Assembly (NCBI GenBank): GCA_963708135.1
Contig: OY970192.1
Span: 3,584,001 to 3,648,000, forward strand
Direction: 5' to 3'
DNA: 64,000 nt
Source: an uncultured Gemmatimonadales bacterium
GTDB taxonomy: Bacteria > Gemmatimonadota > Gemmatimonadetes > Longimicrobiales > RSA9
Translations under genes and position numbers: made by a program
Notes under the pieces: generated by a model
Seen by the model: only the letters and a program-made list of their open reading frames with translations
Databases searched by the model: none
Told to the model about the DNA's origin: nothing
Shown: piece after piece, positions 30,071 through 40,356 of the stretch
Layout: each line of letters begins with the position of its first letter
How positions within the stretch are numbered: position 1 is the first letter of the stretch

Positions 30071-30613
30071 TCAGCTGCGCGGCTGCGCCGACGGAGGCAG
30101 CAGCCCGTTGAGCCGGAGGTACATGGCCATCGCCGCGTAGTGGTCGGCGAGGTCGGAGGCGAGGTCCACCAGCGCGGCCCCCTTCGTCACCTGCCGGCCG
30201 CCGAAGAACGGCACCATGTCCGTGAGCTGGTTCGGCTCCACCTTCTGGAGCGCCCGGCCGCAGAACTCGAACGACGCCTTGAGCGCCGCCACCAGCTCGT
30301 CCTTGTCCGCGCCCTTCTTCGGGCGCAGCGAAGCCGGCGCCTCCATCCCGGACAGCTTCGAGCACAGGTAGCCGTTCGAGCCGGCCACGTGCCCGACCGT
30401 TTCGGCGAAGCTGCGCTGCTTCGCCGTCGGCTTGTAGCCGTATTTGTCCGCCGGCATCTCCTGCGCGGCGCCCACAATGTTGGGCTCCATCCGCTGCACC
30501 GACTCCTGCACGGCCGTCAGCACCGCACCACCCGGCGACGACTTCCCCGCCTGCGCCGCGAGCGCCGCGGGCGCCAGCAACAACACCGCCGTGGGGAAAC
30601 AGAGTCTCCTCAT
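30071..30613 (-). CDS. Secreted DinB-family protein
   Basis: MPADKYGYKPT..RSF...HVA, YLRLNGLLPP. Confidence 0.85.
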   Translation of the reverse strand: MRRLCFPTAVLLLAPAALAAQAGKSSPGGAVLTAVQESVQRMEPNIVGAAQEMPADKYGYKPTAKQRSFAETVGHVAGSNGYLCSKLSGMEAPASLRPKKGADKDELVAALKASFEFCGRALQKVEPNQLTDMVPFFGGRQVTKGAALVDLASDLADHYAAMAMYLRLNGLLPPSAQPRS

Positions 30614-30921
30614 GTGTGCCTCCTGGACTGTGGGGGAACGCTCGCGGCTCAAGATGAGGCGCCCGGCGCGGCCCGGCAAACCGCGCACCGGCCGGGCAGG
30701 CGGGGCGGGGCGGATTGCGACAACGGCGGAGGCGGCCGTGCAGAAGCGACCCAGCGGCCGCACCACCCGGGGTGGAACGCCCGCCCTTGAAAGAGCGCGG
30801 CGCCGCAACGATTCCCCGGCGATGAGCGGCCGGCGCGCGGGAGCGCCCCGCCGCGGCCCCCGGATTGCCGCGAAGGGGCTGCCGCGACCGCGCGCGCGTC
30901 CCTCTCCGTCCGGAGCGTCCA

Positions 30922-31563
30922 ATGGCGGACCTGCTGCTCACCTTCGTCGCGAGCCTGCTGCTCGGCATGCGCCACGCGACGGACCCGGACCACATCGTGG
31001 CGGTGACCACGATCGTGAGCCGGGAGCGCTCGTTGTGGAAGGCGAACGGCATCGGGGTGCTCTGGGGGCTCGGCCACACGCTGACGATCTTCCTGGTGGG
31101 CGGTGTCATCGTCGTCTTCAAGCTCGCCTTCAGCGCCCGCCTCGGGCTCTCGCTCGAGCTTTCCGTGGCGGTGATGCTGATCGTGCTGGGGGTGCTGAAC
31201 CTGACGGGGGTGCGCTCAAAGGAGCACGCGCCGTCCTCGGTGCGGCCGTTCTTCGTGGGGATCATCCACGGGCTGGCCGGCTCGGCGGCGGCGACGCTGC
31301 TCATCCTGCCGCTGATCGAGGATCCGCGCTGGGCGGTGCTCTACCTCGCCGTGTTCGGGATCGGCACGATCATCGGCATGGCGACAGTCACGCTGTCCGT
31401 GGCCGCGCCGGCGGTGTACGCCGGGGCCCGGGTGGCGCGGCTGCAGTCGTGGCTGCGCGTGTCGTCGGGGGCCGTGAGCCTGGCCTTCGGCATCTATCTG
31501 ACCTACAAGATCGGGCTGGTGGACGGTCTCTTCACGTCGGCTCCGCACTGGACCCCGCGCTAG
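30922..31563 (+). CDS. High-affinity nickel/cobalt transporter (NiCoT/UreH-like)
   Basis: GMRHATDPDH, WGLGH, GIIHGLAGS. Confidence 0.9.
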   Translation: MADLLLTFVASLLLGMRHATDPDHIVAVTTIVSRERSLWKANGIGVLWGLGHTLTIFLVGGVIVVFKLAFSARLGLSLELSVAVMLIVLGVLNLTGVRSKEHAPSSVRPFFVGIIHGLAGSAAATLLILPLIEDPRWAVLYLAVFGIGTIIGMATVTLSVAAPAVYAGARVARLQSWLRVSSGAVSLAFGIYLTYKIGLVDGLFTSAPHWTPR

Positions 31564-32768
31564 TACTCAGCCATCATGATTGTGAGGACTAAAGTTCCGT
31601 GCTATATTGTTGGCCCATCTGTCGGACCCCCAGCGAGGAGGGCAGATGGCCAAGAAGTATATCGTGGACCTCACGGACGACGAGCGGGCCGAACTCAAGC
31701 GCCTGCTCCAGGGCGGCAAGGCGCGGGTGCGCCGGGTGAACCGCGCGCGCATCCTGTTGCTGGCCGACGAGGGCGTGACCGACAAGGCGATTGCGGCCGC
31801 GCTGCACCTGGGGAAGTGCACGGTGGAGCGCACGCGGCTGCGCTTCGTCGAGGGCGGTTTGGAGCGGGCGCTCAACGATCGGCCTCGGCCGGGCAAAGCC
31901 CGGCTGCTGGACGGCAAGCAGGAAGCCTTCCTGGTCGCGCTGGCGTGCAGCGCGCCTCCGGAGGGGCGCGTGCGCTGGACCATGCAGCTCCTGGCCGACA
32001 AGCTGATCGAGTTGCGTGTGGTGGACGCGATCACGGACGAGACGGTCCGACGGCTTCTAAAAAAAACGACCTGAAGCCCTGGCAGAAGGAAGCGTGGTGC
32101 ATCCCGACGGTGAGTTGGGACTTCGTCTGCCGCATGGAGGACGTGCTCGACCTCTACCAGGAGCCCTACGACCCCCGGCGCCCGGTGGTGTGCTTCGATG
32201 AAGTGCCCTACCAGCTCATCGGGGAAACCCGCCTGCCGGTGCCGGCCGCTCCGGGTCGGCGCCAACGCGTCGACTACGAGTACGTGCGCCGCGGGACCGC
32301 CAACCTCTTCCTGCTCGTGGAGCCGCTGCGAGGCTGGCGGCATGTGGACGTCACCGCCCGTCGCACGAATGCGGACTTCGCCCAGCAGATGCGCGCACTG
32401 GTCGACGTGCATTGCGCGGACGCCGACAAGATCCGCGTCGTGCTCGACAACCTGAGCAGCCACACGGGCGCAGCCCTGTACGAGACCTTCGAGGCCGCCG
32501 AAGCGCGCCGTATCCTGCGCAAGCTCGAGTTCCATTACACGCCCAAGCACGGGAGCTGGCTCAACATGGCCGAAATCGAGATCTCGATCCTCGGTCGCCA
32601 GTGCCTGCACCGCCGCCTTGACAACGTCAACCGGCTGCGGGCCGAGACCCTCGCCTGGGAGACCCCCCGCAACGCCGTCCGAGCTCCCACCACCTGGCGT
32701 TTCACTGTCTCCGATGCGCGATCCAAGCTCCACCGCCTTTACGCATCATGACCACTGTGGCGCGGTAC
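31563..32768 (+). mobile_element. IS630-family insertion sequence, apparently intact
   Basis: Imperfect terminal inverted repeats GTACTCAGCCA / GTACCGCGCCA; TA duplication at 31561-62 and 32769-70. Confidence 0.9.
31646..32751 (+). CDS. IS630 transposase, orfA 31646-32074 joined to orfB by a -1 frameshift at A8 (32059-32066)
   Basis: HTH orfA; DDE motifs CFDE, VLDNL, SWLNMAEIE. Confidence 0.93.
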
Positions 32769-33192
32769 TAGTTCAAGAGCAGACATTTTGGCCGCGCCAG
32801 AGCTGCAGGGAATGCCCCGAACGCGCCAACAAGCTGCACGGAATTGCCGCCGATGATTGCCATCCGCCCGCTCGGCAAAACTGCGAGGGCGCCAATGGGC
32901 GCAATGGCGCTCGGAGCGGCTGCACTCATCTGATCGGCCCGAGCCCCGACAACCCGATCGTACCGATCCTAGGTTTATTCCGGGCGGAGCGGAGCCGCTG
33001 TGAGCCGTCAACCCCCGCGCTTGCCACCGTAGGGGCGAGCGATTCGGCGCGGCGCGGCGCTCGCGCACGCGACCCGTACGTTCAATTTGCTCGCACCTTG
33101 CAAAAGGCCATAAACATATGCCAAGCCGCTCGTTCGAAGATCGGCCCGGCAAACCTACCCGGACATTACTGCGTTGATCTGCGCGTTGTTTA

Positions 33193-33234
33193 CGGAGGGC
33201 ATGGAGGGCATGAAGAACACGGAGAACACGAAAG
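33193..33234 (+). repeat. Degenerate 9-bp tandem repeat
   Basis: CGGAGGGCA TGGAGGGCA TGAAGAACA CGGAGAACA CGAAAG. Confidence 0.7.
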
Positions 33235-33522
33235 GTTGGCGCAATGTGGTAGAACTGTTTAGATTGATCTCAGTGCTTCCGGTGGAGCGCGCAAGGAACC
33301 TGCGGCTCCCCCGAATTATCGTGGTTACGGCCGCAACCCGGGCGATTTGAACGTCGGGCCCTGAGCGGCCATCCTGCCGGCCCACATTCCGGAGAATGCA
33401 GATATCCATACATACTTCTATTGCTCAACTTGAGAATACCGTGCCGATTGGCGATACGCAGTCTCATCCGGTTTGCCACCCGCCCCAATCCCCCGGATCC
33501 ATTCATCAAGGAGAGAATTCCC

Positions 33523-33912
33523 ATGCGTAGCCCCAGATCACGATCGCGCATACTCGTCATGGTCTCTCTCGCTCTGGCCATGATTGGCTGCAGCGGCGGG
33601 GACAGCAACGCTCCGAAAACGCCTACAACCGTGACGGGGACATGGGTCGGCACCTCGAGCGGTGCCACGGTCAACCTCGTGCTCACGGAGAACAGCGGGA
33701 CGGTTTCCGGCAGCGGGACGATGGTGGCCGGGACCGCCAGCATCGCCCTCACAGTGGCCGGCAGTCACAACGGCGCGAGCGTCTCCCTCACGTTCAAGAC
33801 GAGCGGCTTCCAGGACACTAATCTGACCGGCACGTTCGCCGGGAACAGCATCACGGGCACGCTCAACGGGTCCGGGTTCGTGAACGAGCCGGTCACTCTT
33901 CAGAGACAATAG
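33523..33912 (+). CDS. Small beta-rich lipoprotein
   Basis: Lipobox MIGC; VTGTWVG; GGAG RBS. Confidence 0.8.
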   Translation: MRSPRSRSRILVMVSLALAMIGCSGGDSNAPKTPTTVTGTWVGTSSGATVNLVLTENSGTVSGSGTMVAGTASIALTVAGSHNGASVSLTFKTSGFQDTNLTGTFAGNSITGTLNGSGFVNEPVTLQRQ

Positions 33913-34089
33913 TGAATCGTCGCATCGACATGCATGCCGAGACGGTTCCCATAGGGGGCTCAGCTCTTTGAATTAGTCTCATCGCTTCGGCTTAGGCGTG
34001 GTGTATTGGGTGGCCGTCGGAGCCCCCGTTTCTCCCCATCATCGCGGAGAAGCCCAAAGGAGGGCCACCATCCGCTTGCAGCCGAGTAC

Positions 34090-34515
34090 ACTGCCACAGT
34101 CGTATCGCTCGTCGCTGTGCGAGCATCATCACGGCACGAAGCAGGACGTCGGAATCAGCAGCGTCCCCGTCGGGGCGGCGGTGACAGTGGACAGTCAGCA
34201 ACTGGGAGGCACGCCGGTGATCGCCCACCTCTCACGTAAGCAGCTACACGATCAGCATGGACGCCTAGAGCCCGTGCAGATGGCCGAAGAGCGTGAGCGG
34301 CCGGATCGTCGGCAACGTTCTCTTCGGCGTACTGAAGGCCCTAGCGGTCCGATATGACAGACGGCGGCATGTACAAGCTGTCTCCTGAGCAAGTTGCGTC
34401 GAAACCGAGCAAGAAGGCTGCGGCCGTCGAGACCTCGCACGGCCTCATCTATGTGCCCCTCGTCATGCAGGCGCATCCGAGTTGGGAGCGGATCGGGCAG
34501 ATGCGAAGGGACTGA
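34090..34515 (+). pseudogene. PEGA-domain lipoprotein pseudogene
   Basis: CASII / HGTKQDVGISSVPVGAAVTVD...GGTPV / GMYKLSPEQV pieces lie in different frames. Confidence 0.65.
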
Positions 34516-34540
34516 CCACCCGAGCGGTCGCAACAACTGG

Positions 34541-34574
34541 AAGGGCCCCGGGCAGGGATGCCGGGGCCTTTCTC
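34541..34574 (+). terminator. Probable intrinsic terminator
   Basis: GAAGGGCCCCGG...CCGGGGCCTTTCT hairpin. Confidence 0.5.
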
Positions 34575-34871
34575 GTCCGCCGACGGCGGGCACGCGACAT
34601 CCTGCGTTTGGGCCGCCGGAGGATCCGACCGTTGTCTGTGTGATGCAACCCGACGACTCCTCCTTTCCGCACCACCGGTTGTACGCTGGAAAGGAGGGGC
34701 GTCCAGGAACGCCAGGGCGCCGGCATCCGGGCGTGCCGCGGAGATTTGCCCCCACCCGACAGGCGCGCTATTCTCGCCGGCGAAGCCGCCTCGCGGCGCC
34801 CCGATCCCGGTCGGAGGCGCGCGTTTGGTGGGCGGAGCTTTCCCCGGGAGCCAACCAGCGAGGGGTGCCGG

Positions 34872-36563
34872 ATGAAGCGCACCGATGACGCGCGGCAGGG
34901 GCCGGATCGGATCAGCCGGCGGAGCTTCCTCGAGAGCGGCGCGCTGGCCGCGGCGGCGCTGGGCGCCGGGCCCGCGCTGCGGCCGGGCGGCGCGGTGGCC
35001 GGGGAGGGGACGCGAGGCGGGGCGTCGCGGCAGCCGGCGTCGCCGCCCCCTTTCGAGCTGGACGAGATCACGCTGGCGCAGCTCCAGGACGGCTTGCGGG
35101 CCGGGCGGTACACGGCGCGCTCGCTCACGGAGGCGTACCTGGGCCGCATCGTGGAGATCGACGGGCGGGGTCCGACGCTGCGCTCGGTGATCGAGACGAA
35201 CCCGGACGCGCTGCGGCTCGCCGACGCCCTGGACGCCGAGCGCCGGGCGGGGAAGGTGCGCGGGCCGCTGCACGGGATCCCGGTGCTGGTCAAGGACAAC
35301 ATCGCGAGCGACGACCGGATGCAGACCACGGCGGGCTCGCTCGCGCTGGTCGGCTCGAAGGTGCCGCGCGATGCCTTCATCGTCGGGCGGCTGCGCGAGG
35401 CGGGCGCCGTGCTGCTCGGCAAGACCAATCTGAGCGAGTGGGCGAACTTCCGCTCGACCCGGTCCTCGAGCGGCTGGAGCGGGCGCGGCGGGCAGTGCGT
35501 GAACCCGTACGCGCTGGACCGCAGCCCGTGCGGCTCGAGCTCGGGGACGGGCATCGCGGTGTCGGCCAACCTGTGCGCGGTGGGCGCGGGGACGGAGACG
35601 GACGGCTCCGTGGTGTGCCCATCGGCCACGAACGGGATCGTGGGCGTGAAGCCGACGCTCGGCCTCGTCAGCCGGGCCGGGATCGTGCCGATCTCGCACA
35701 ACCAGGATACGGCCGGCCCGATGGCGCGCACGGTGACGGATGCGGCCATCCTGCTCGGCGTGATGGCGGGGATCGACCCGCGCGACCCGGCCACGGCGGC
35801 GAGCCGCGGCCACGCGCGGGCGGACTACACCACGTCCCTGGATCCGGCCGGGCTCGAGGGCGCGCGCATCGGCGTGGCCCGCGCGCACTTCTTCGGCTAC
35901 AGCCCGGAGGCGGACGCGCTGGTCGAGGCCGCGCTCGACGCCATGAAGCGGCACGGCGCGGTGCTCGTGGATCCGGCCGACATCCCGCACACCGGCGACT
36001 ACGACGAGAGCGAGAACGTCGTCCTGCAGTGCGACTTCAAGGCCGACCTGAACCATTACCTGGCCGAGCTGGTGTCCTCGCCCGTGCGCTCGCTCGCGGA
36101 CGTGATCGCCTTCAACGACACGCACCGCGCGCAGGAGATGCCGTACTTCGGCCAGGAGATCATGATCCAGTCGGAGGCGCGTGGGCCGCTCACCGATCCC
36201 GCTTACCGGGAAGCGCTTGAGAAGGACCACCGCCTCACCCGCACCGAGGGGATCGACGCGGTCATGGACCGCTACCGGCTGGACGCGCTGGTCGCGCCGA
36301 CCGGCAGCCCCGCGTGGACGATCGACCTCGTTAACGGCGACCACTTCCTCGGCTCGAGCTCCAGCCCCGCCGCCGTCGCCGGCTACGCCAGCGTCACGGT
36401 CCCGGTCGGCTACGCGTATGGCCTGCCGGTGGGCATGTCCTTCATCGGCCGCGCCTGGTCCGAGGCCACGCTGCTCAAGCTCGCCTACGCCTACGAGCAG
36501 GCCACCAGGCTCCGGCGCACGCCGACCTTCGAGCTGCACCCGGAGCTCATCGGCCGGGCGTAG
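34872..36563 (+). CDS. Amidase (AS family) with Tat signal
   Basis: SRRSFL; PLHGIPVLVKDNI, GSSSG, GTETDGS. Confidence 0.95.
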   Translation: MKRTDDARQGPDRISRRSFLESGALAAAALGAGPALRPGGAVAGEGTRGGASRQPASPPPFELDEITLAQLQDGLRAGRYTARSLTEAYLGRIVEIDGRGPTLRSVIETNPDALRLADALDAERRAGKVRGPLHGIPVLVKDNIASDDRMQTTAGSLALVGSKVPRDAFIVGRLREAGAVLLGKTNLSEWANFRSTRSSSGWSGRGGQCVNPYALDRSPCGSSSGTGIAVSANLCAVGAGTETDGSVVCPSATNGIVGVKPTLGLVSRAGIVPISHNQDTAGPMARTVTDAAILLGVMAGIDPRDPATAASRGHARADYTTSLDPAGLEGARIGVARAHFFGYSPEADALVEAALDAMKRHGAVLVDPADIPHTGDYDESENVVLQCDFKADLNHYLAELVSSPVRSLADVIAFNDTHRAQEMPYFGQEIMIQSEARGPLTDPAYREALEKDHRLTRTEGIDAVMDRYRLDALVAPTGSPAWTIDLVNGDHFLGSSSSPAAVAGYASVTVPVGYAYGLPVGMSFIGRAWSEATLLKLAYAYEQATRLRRTPTFELHPELIGRA

Positions 36564-36613
36564 GCCGGCCCGCCGCGTGGAGCGGCGGGCGGCGAGGCGC
36601 CGGCCCGCGGTGG

Positions 36614-38056
36614 CTACTCGATCCGCTTCCACTTCCGGCCGGCGGCGAGCACGGCGTCGGGACCGGAGACCTGGTCGATGATGGCCAGCTCGTCGGTCGC
36701 GACGGCTGACGGATAGCGGCGCGCGAACTCGGCAAGCGTCATCGCGCGGTCGAGCGCGACCAGCCGCACGCGCTTCGGCTTCACGGCCAGCGCGCCGGGA
36801 TCGGTGAGCGGCGCGAAGCTGCCGATCACCTGCTCGAAGAGCGGCTCGTAGCGGCCAAGCAGGTTGGCGGGGGTGTAGCCGAGGATCTGGTAGACGCGGC
36901 CGGCGTAGTCGATGAAGGCCGCCACGCCGGCGACGGTGCCCTGCTGCGTCGTCGCCTGGAAGGTCCCGAGCACGGTCGACAGCCCGTTCACGGTGCGACG
37001 TGCGGTCTGGCCGGGCTGGACTCCCTGCTGCGAGAAGAAGCCCTGGGCGGCAGCGGCGGCTGACGCGCCCTGGGCCAGCGTCAGCTGGAGCACCGCGTCC
37101 TGCTGCGGGCTCCCGGCGAGCACGGCCTGGGGCGTGTTCTGCGCCTTCCAGCCCTGCGGGAAGGTGAGCTGGAAGCGCAGGTCCGGGTGCAGGAAGAGGT
37201 TTTCCCTGAAGTAGCCGTTACGGGGGTTGTCGCCGTAGACGAGGCCGTCGATCCGGTCCAGGTAGGACGGGCGCGCGATGGTCAGCGCGCCGGCGGGCCT
37301 GTCGAGCTGCGCCAGCTTCTGCTGGATCCGCTGGATCCGTTCCGGCTCGCCCGGGTGGGTCTGCAGCCAGCCGGGCAGCGGGCTCTGCCCCTGCTTCTGG
37401 CCGAGGCGCTCGAGCGCCTGGAAGACATCCACCATCTCGGCCACGTCGTAGCCGGCCTGGAGGGCGTAGCGGAAGCCGAGGTCGTCTGCCTGGCGCTCGT
37501 CGTCGCGGCTGTACTTGAGGAACAGGAGCTGTAGCCCGGTGCCGGCGAGCTGGCCGAGCTGCCCTATCTGGGGCACGAAGATGGAGCCGAGGCCGAGGCC
37601 GAGCTGCGCGATCTGGGCCTTGCTCATCTCCGTGACCTGGTGTTTGGCGGTGACGTGGCCGATCTCGTGGCCCACCACCGTCGCGAGCTCCGCCTCCGAG
37701 TCAATGAGGCCCATGAGGCCGCGGGTCACGAAGATGAAGCCGCCCGGCAGCGCGAAGGCGTTCGGCTCCGGGTCGTCCACGACGTGGAACTCCCACGGCA
37801 GGTCCGGCCGCTCGGAGCGGCGGGCCATGGACAGACCGACGCCGGCGACGTAGCTCTGGAGGGAGGAATCGGCTACCAGCCCGATCTGCGCCACCACGTC
37901 CTGCGCGGCCTGCCGGCCCATCTCGATCTCCTGGCTCTCGGAGATCAGCGAGATCTGCGGCTTGCCCGTCACGGGGTTGCGGGCGCAGGCGGCGGCCGTC
38001 GCGGCGAGGCAGACGAGCGGGATTGCGGTCCGGCGCAGGCTCTGGCGAACGTGCAT
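36614..38056 (-). CDS. M48 zinc metalloprotease lipoprotein
   Basis: CARNPVTG, NAFALPGG, HEIGH, YSRDDERQAD, THP. Confidence 0.95.
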   Translation of the reverse strand: MHVRQSLRRTAIPLVCLAATAAACARNPVTGKPQISLISESQEIEMGRQAAQDVVAQIGLVADSSLQSYVAGVGLSMARRSERPDLPWEFHVVDDPEPNAFALPGGFIFVTRGLMGLIDSEAELATVVGHEIGHVTAKHQVTEMSKAQIAQLGLGLGSIFVPQIGQLGQLAGTGLQLLFLKYSRDDERQADDLGFRYALQAGYDVAEMVDVFQALERLGQKQGQSPLPGWLQTHPGEPERIQRIQQKLAQLDRPAGALTIARPSYLDRIDGLVYGDNPRNGYFRENLFLHPDLRFQLTFPQGWKAQNTPQAVLAGSPQQDAVLQLTLAQGASAAAAAQGFFSQQGVQPGQTARRTVNGLSTVLGTFQATTQQGTVAGVAAFIDYAGRVYQILGYTPANLLGRYEPLFEQVIGSFAPLTDPGALAVKPKRVRLVALDRAMTLAEFARRYPSAVATDELAIIDQVSGPDAVLAAGRKWKRIE

Positions 38057-38126
38057 GGGGCTCCTCCTCGGGTCGAGGCTCGGGGCGTGCCGCCGGATTC
38101 AAGGATCATGCGAGGGCGGGGCGAGA

Positions 38127-39467
38127 ATGCGGGATGTGCTGATCATCGGCGCCGGCTGCGCGGGGCTCGCGGCGGCGCGAGCGCTGCACGGCGCGGGCGT
38201 GGACGTCGCCGTGCTCGAGGCGCGGGGCCGCATCGGCGGGCGGATCCGGACGGTCCGGCCCAGGAGCGTGCCGCTCCCGGTCGAGCTGGGCGCGGAGTTC
38301 GTCCACGGTCCGGCGGCCGAGACCGTCGCGCTGCTGGACGAGGGCGGCCTTCTCTCGCTCGAGGTGAGCGGCGAGAGCCGCGTGGCGCGCGGCGGCCCCG
38401 CCGAGCCCGGCCCCGAGATCTGGGAGCGCATCCAGGGCGTGCTGGAGGACCTCGATCCAAAGCGCACGCCCGACCGCTCGTTCCGCGCTTTCCTGGAGGA
38501 GCGCCGGGCCGGCGGCCCGGCCGGCCCCGACGAGCGCCTCGCCCTCCACTACGTCGAGGGCTTCCATGCCGCCGACGCGAACGACGCCTCCGAGCGCGGC
38601 CTCGCCGCCGCCGAGGGTGGCACGCTCGAGGCCACCGAGCGGCAGCTCCGCGTGCTGGACGGCTACGACAGCGTTCCGGCCGTGCTCGCGGCTGCGCTGC
38701 CGCGCGACGCCGTGCGGCTCCATACGGTGGTCGAGCGCATCGAGTGGCGACGGGGCAGCGTCATCGTCCACGGGCGTACCCGTCCCGCCGAGGCGCTGCA
38801 GCCGCCGGGCGCCGGCGGCGTCGGCCTCTCGCTCCGGCTGCGCGCCCGCGCGCTCCTGATCACCGTCCCGCTGGGGGTGCTCCAGGCGGCGCCCGGCCAG
38901 CCGGGCGCCCTGGAGTTCGACCCGCCGCTGGACTCGAAGGCGGAGCCGCTGGCCCGCCTCGGCAGCGGCTCCGCCGCCCGCCTGGTGCTCGGCTTCGAGC
39001 GGCCGTTCTGGGAGCGCGACCCCCGGTTCCGGGACCTGGCCTTCCTGCACGCGCCCTACGCTACGATGAAGGTCTGGTGGACCCCGTATCCGGCCCGCGC
39101 CGGCGTGCTCGTCGGCTGGACCGGCGGCCCCGCCGGCGCGCGCCTGCTCGAGCGCGGCGAGGGCGAGATCCGGGCCGCCGCACTGGCCGAGCTGGCGGTC
39201 CATCTCGCCACGCCCCAGGACGCCCTGCAGCGGATGCTCCGCGGCGTCTGGATGCACGACTGGAGCGCCGATCCCTACGCCCGCGGCGCGTACAGCTATT
39301 CCCGGGTGGGGGGCGCGGATGCGGCCACCGCGCTCGCGGCGCCGCTCGAGGACACTCTCTTCTTCGCCGGCGAGGCGACGGCAGGCGGCGGCCGCAACGG
39401 CACCGTGGATGGCGCGCTGGCGAGCGGCGAGCGCGCGGCCGCCGAGCTGCTCGCTGCACTCGCCTGA
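38127..39467 (+). CDS. Flavin monoamine-oxidase-family protein
   Basis: IIGAGCAG, EARGRIGGR, ELGAEFVH, FFAGEAT. Confidence 0.95.
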   Translation: MRDVLIIGAGCAGLAAARALHGAGVDVAVLEARGRIGGRIRTVRPRSVPLPVELGAEFVHGPAAETVALLDEGGLLSLEVSGESRVARGGPAEPGPEIWERIQGVLEDLDPKRTPDRSFRAFLEERRAGGPAGPDERLALHYVEGFHAADANDASERGLAAAEGGTLEATERQLRVLDGYDSVPAVLAAALPRDAVRLHTVVERIEWRRGSVIVHGRTRPAEALQPPGAGGVGLSLRLRARALLITVPLGVLQAAPGQPGALEFDPPLDSKAEPLARLGSGSAARLVLGFERPFWERDPRFRDLAFLHAPYATMKVWWTPYPARAGVLVGWTGGPAGARLLERGEGEIRAAALAELAVHLATPQDALQRMLRGVWMHDWSADPYARGAYSYSRVGGADAATALAAPLEDTLFFAGEATAGGGRNGTVDGALASGERAAAELLAALA

Positions 39468-39591
39468 CCGTCCGCGGAACTATCTCCGCGGCGCACGCGT
39501 ACACTCACGTACCCCCTGAAATCCCGGACCACCGGCGCGGCGGGAGGGCCGCCGTCGTCGTGGCCGTGCGCGCCCGCAACACCGGAAGTTG

Positions 39592-40356
39592 ATGAACGTG
39601 ATGAAACGCCTGCCCAGCCGGATCCTCCCCGCACTCCTCCTCCTCGCCGCCGCCTCCCCCGCCGCGGCGACCCGCGTCACCCTGCACGGCTCGCACGGCT
39701 CCATGGTCCGCCAGCACGGCATCGCGCGCGCGAACGACTACACGTTCCTCCACACTCCCGCGGCGATCCGCGCCTTCACCCGCGAGGGCTACCTTGTGCC
39801 TGTGCCCGGCAACAGGGACTACCGGCTGGCGGGCGTCTCCTTCGCCGTGGCGCGGCCGGAGACGAAGACCTTCGTCGAGCGACTGGGGGCGGCCTACCAC
39901 GTCGCGTGCGGCGCGCCCCTCGTCGTGACGAGCCTCACCCGCCCTACCGACGAGCAGCCGCGCAACGCCTCGCCGCTCTCCGTGCATCCCGCCGGAATGG
40001 CCGTAGACCTGCGCGTGCCCGCTACCTCCGGCTGCCGGCGCTGGCTCGAGCGCTCGCTCCTCGCCCTCGAACGCAACGGCGTGCTCGACGTCACGCGCGA
40101 GCACCGGCCGCCGCACTACCACGTGGCGGTGTTCCCCGGTGAGTACATGCGCTTCGCCGCCTCGGCGGAGGCGCGGGATGCGGCCGAGCGCGCCCACGAG
40201 GCGGCGCTGCCGCGCGCGTTCCCGGCGGCCGCGGCCCCTGCGGGTCCCGCGCCACCGCCCGGCGGAAACGGGCGCGGACGCGCCCTCGCGGCCATCGCGC
40301 TCCTGGGGCTGCCCGGCATCGGCGTGCTGGCCTTCCTGCGGCGGCGGCGGACTTGA
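39592..40356 (+). CDS. DUF5715-like protein (LAS peptidase-type motif), C-terminal TM anchor
   Basis: VTSLTRP, SVHPAGMAVDL, PPHYHVAV. Confidence 0.75.
   Translation: MNVMKRLPSRILPALLLLAAASPAAATRVTLHGSHGSMVRQHGIARANDYTFLHTPAAIRAFTREGYLVPVPGNRDYRLAGVSFAVARPETKTFVERLGAAYHVACGAPLVVTSLTRPTDEQPRNASPLSVHPAGMAVDLRVPATSGCRRWLERSLLALERNGVLDVTREHRPPHYHVAVFPGEYMRFAASAEARDAAERAHEAALPRAFPAAAAPAGPAPPPGGNGRGRALAAIALLGLPGIGVLAFLRRRRT

Noticed and set aside
32771..33420. Short ORFs or an ncRNA in the low-GC gap
   Set aside because: No recognisable motif, RBS or structure I can support
33764..33795. Sixth GTCACAA ECF motif
   Set aside because: Inside a CDS and lacks the GCGCTC box at the right spacing
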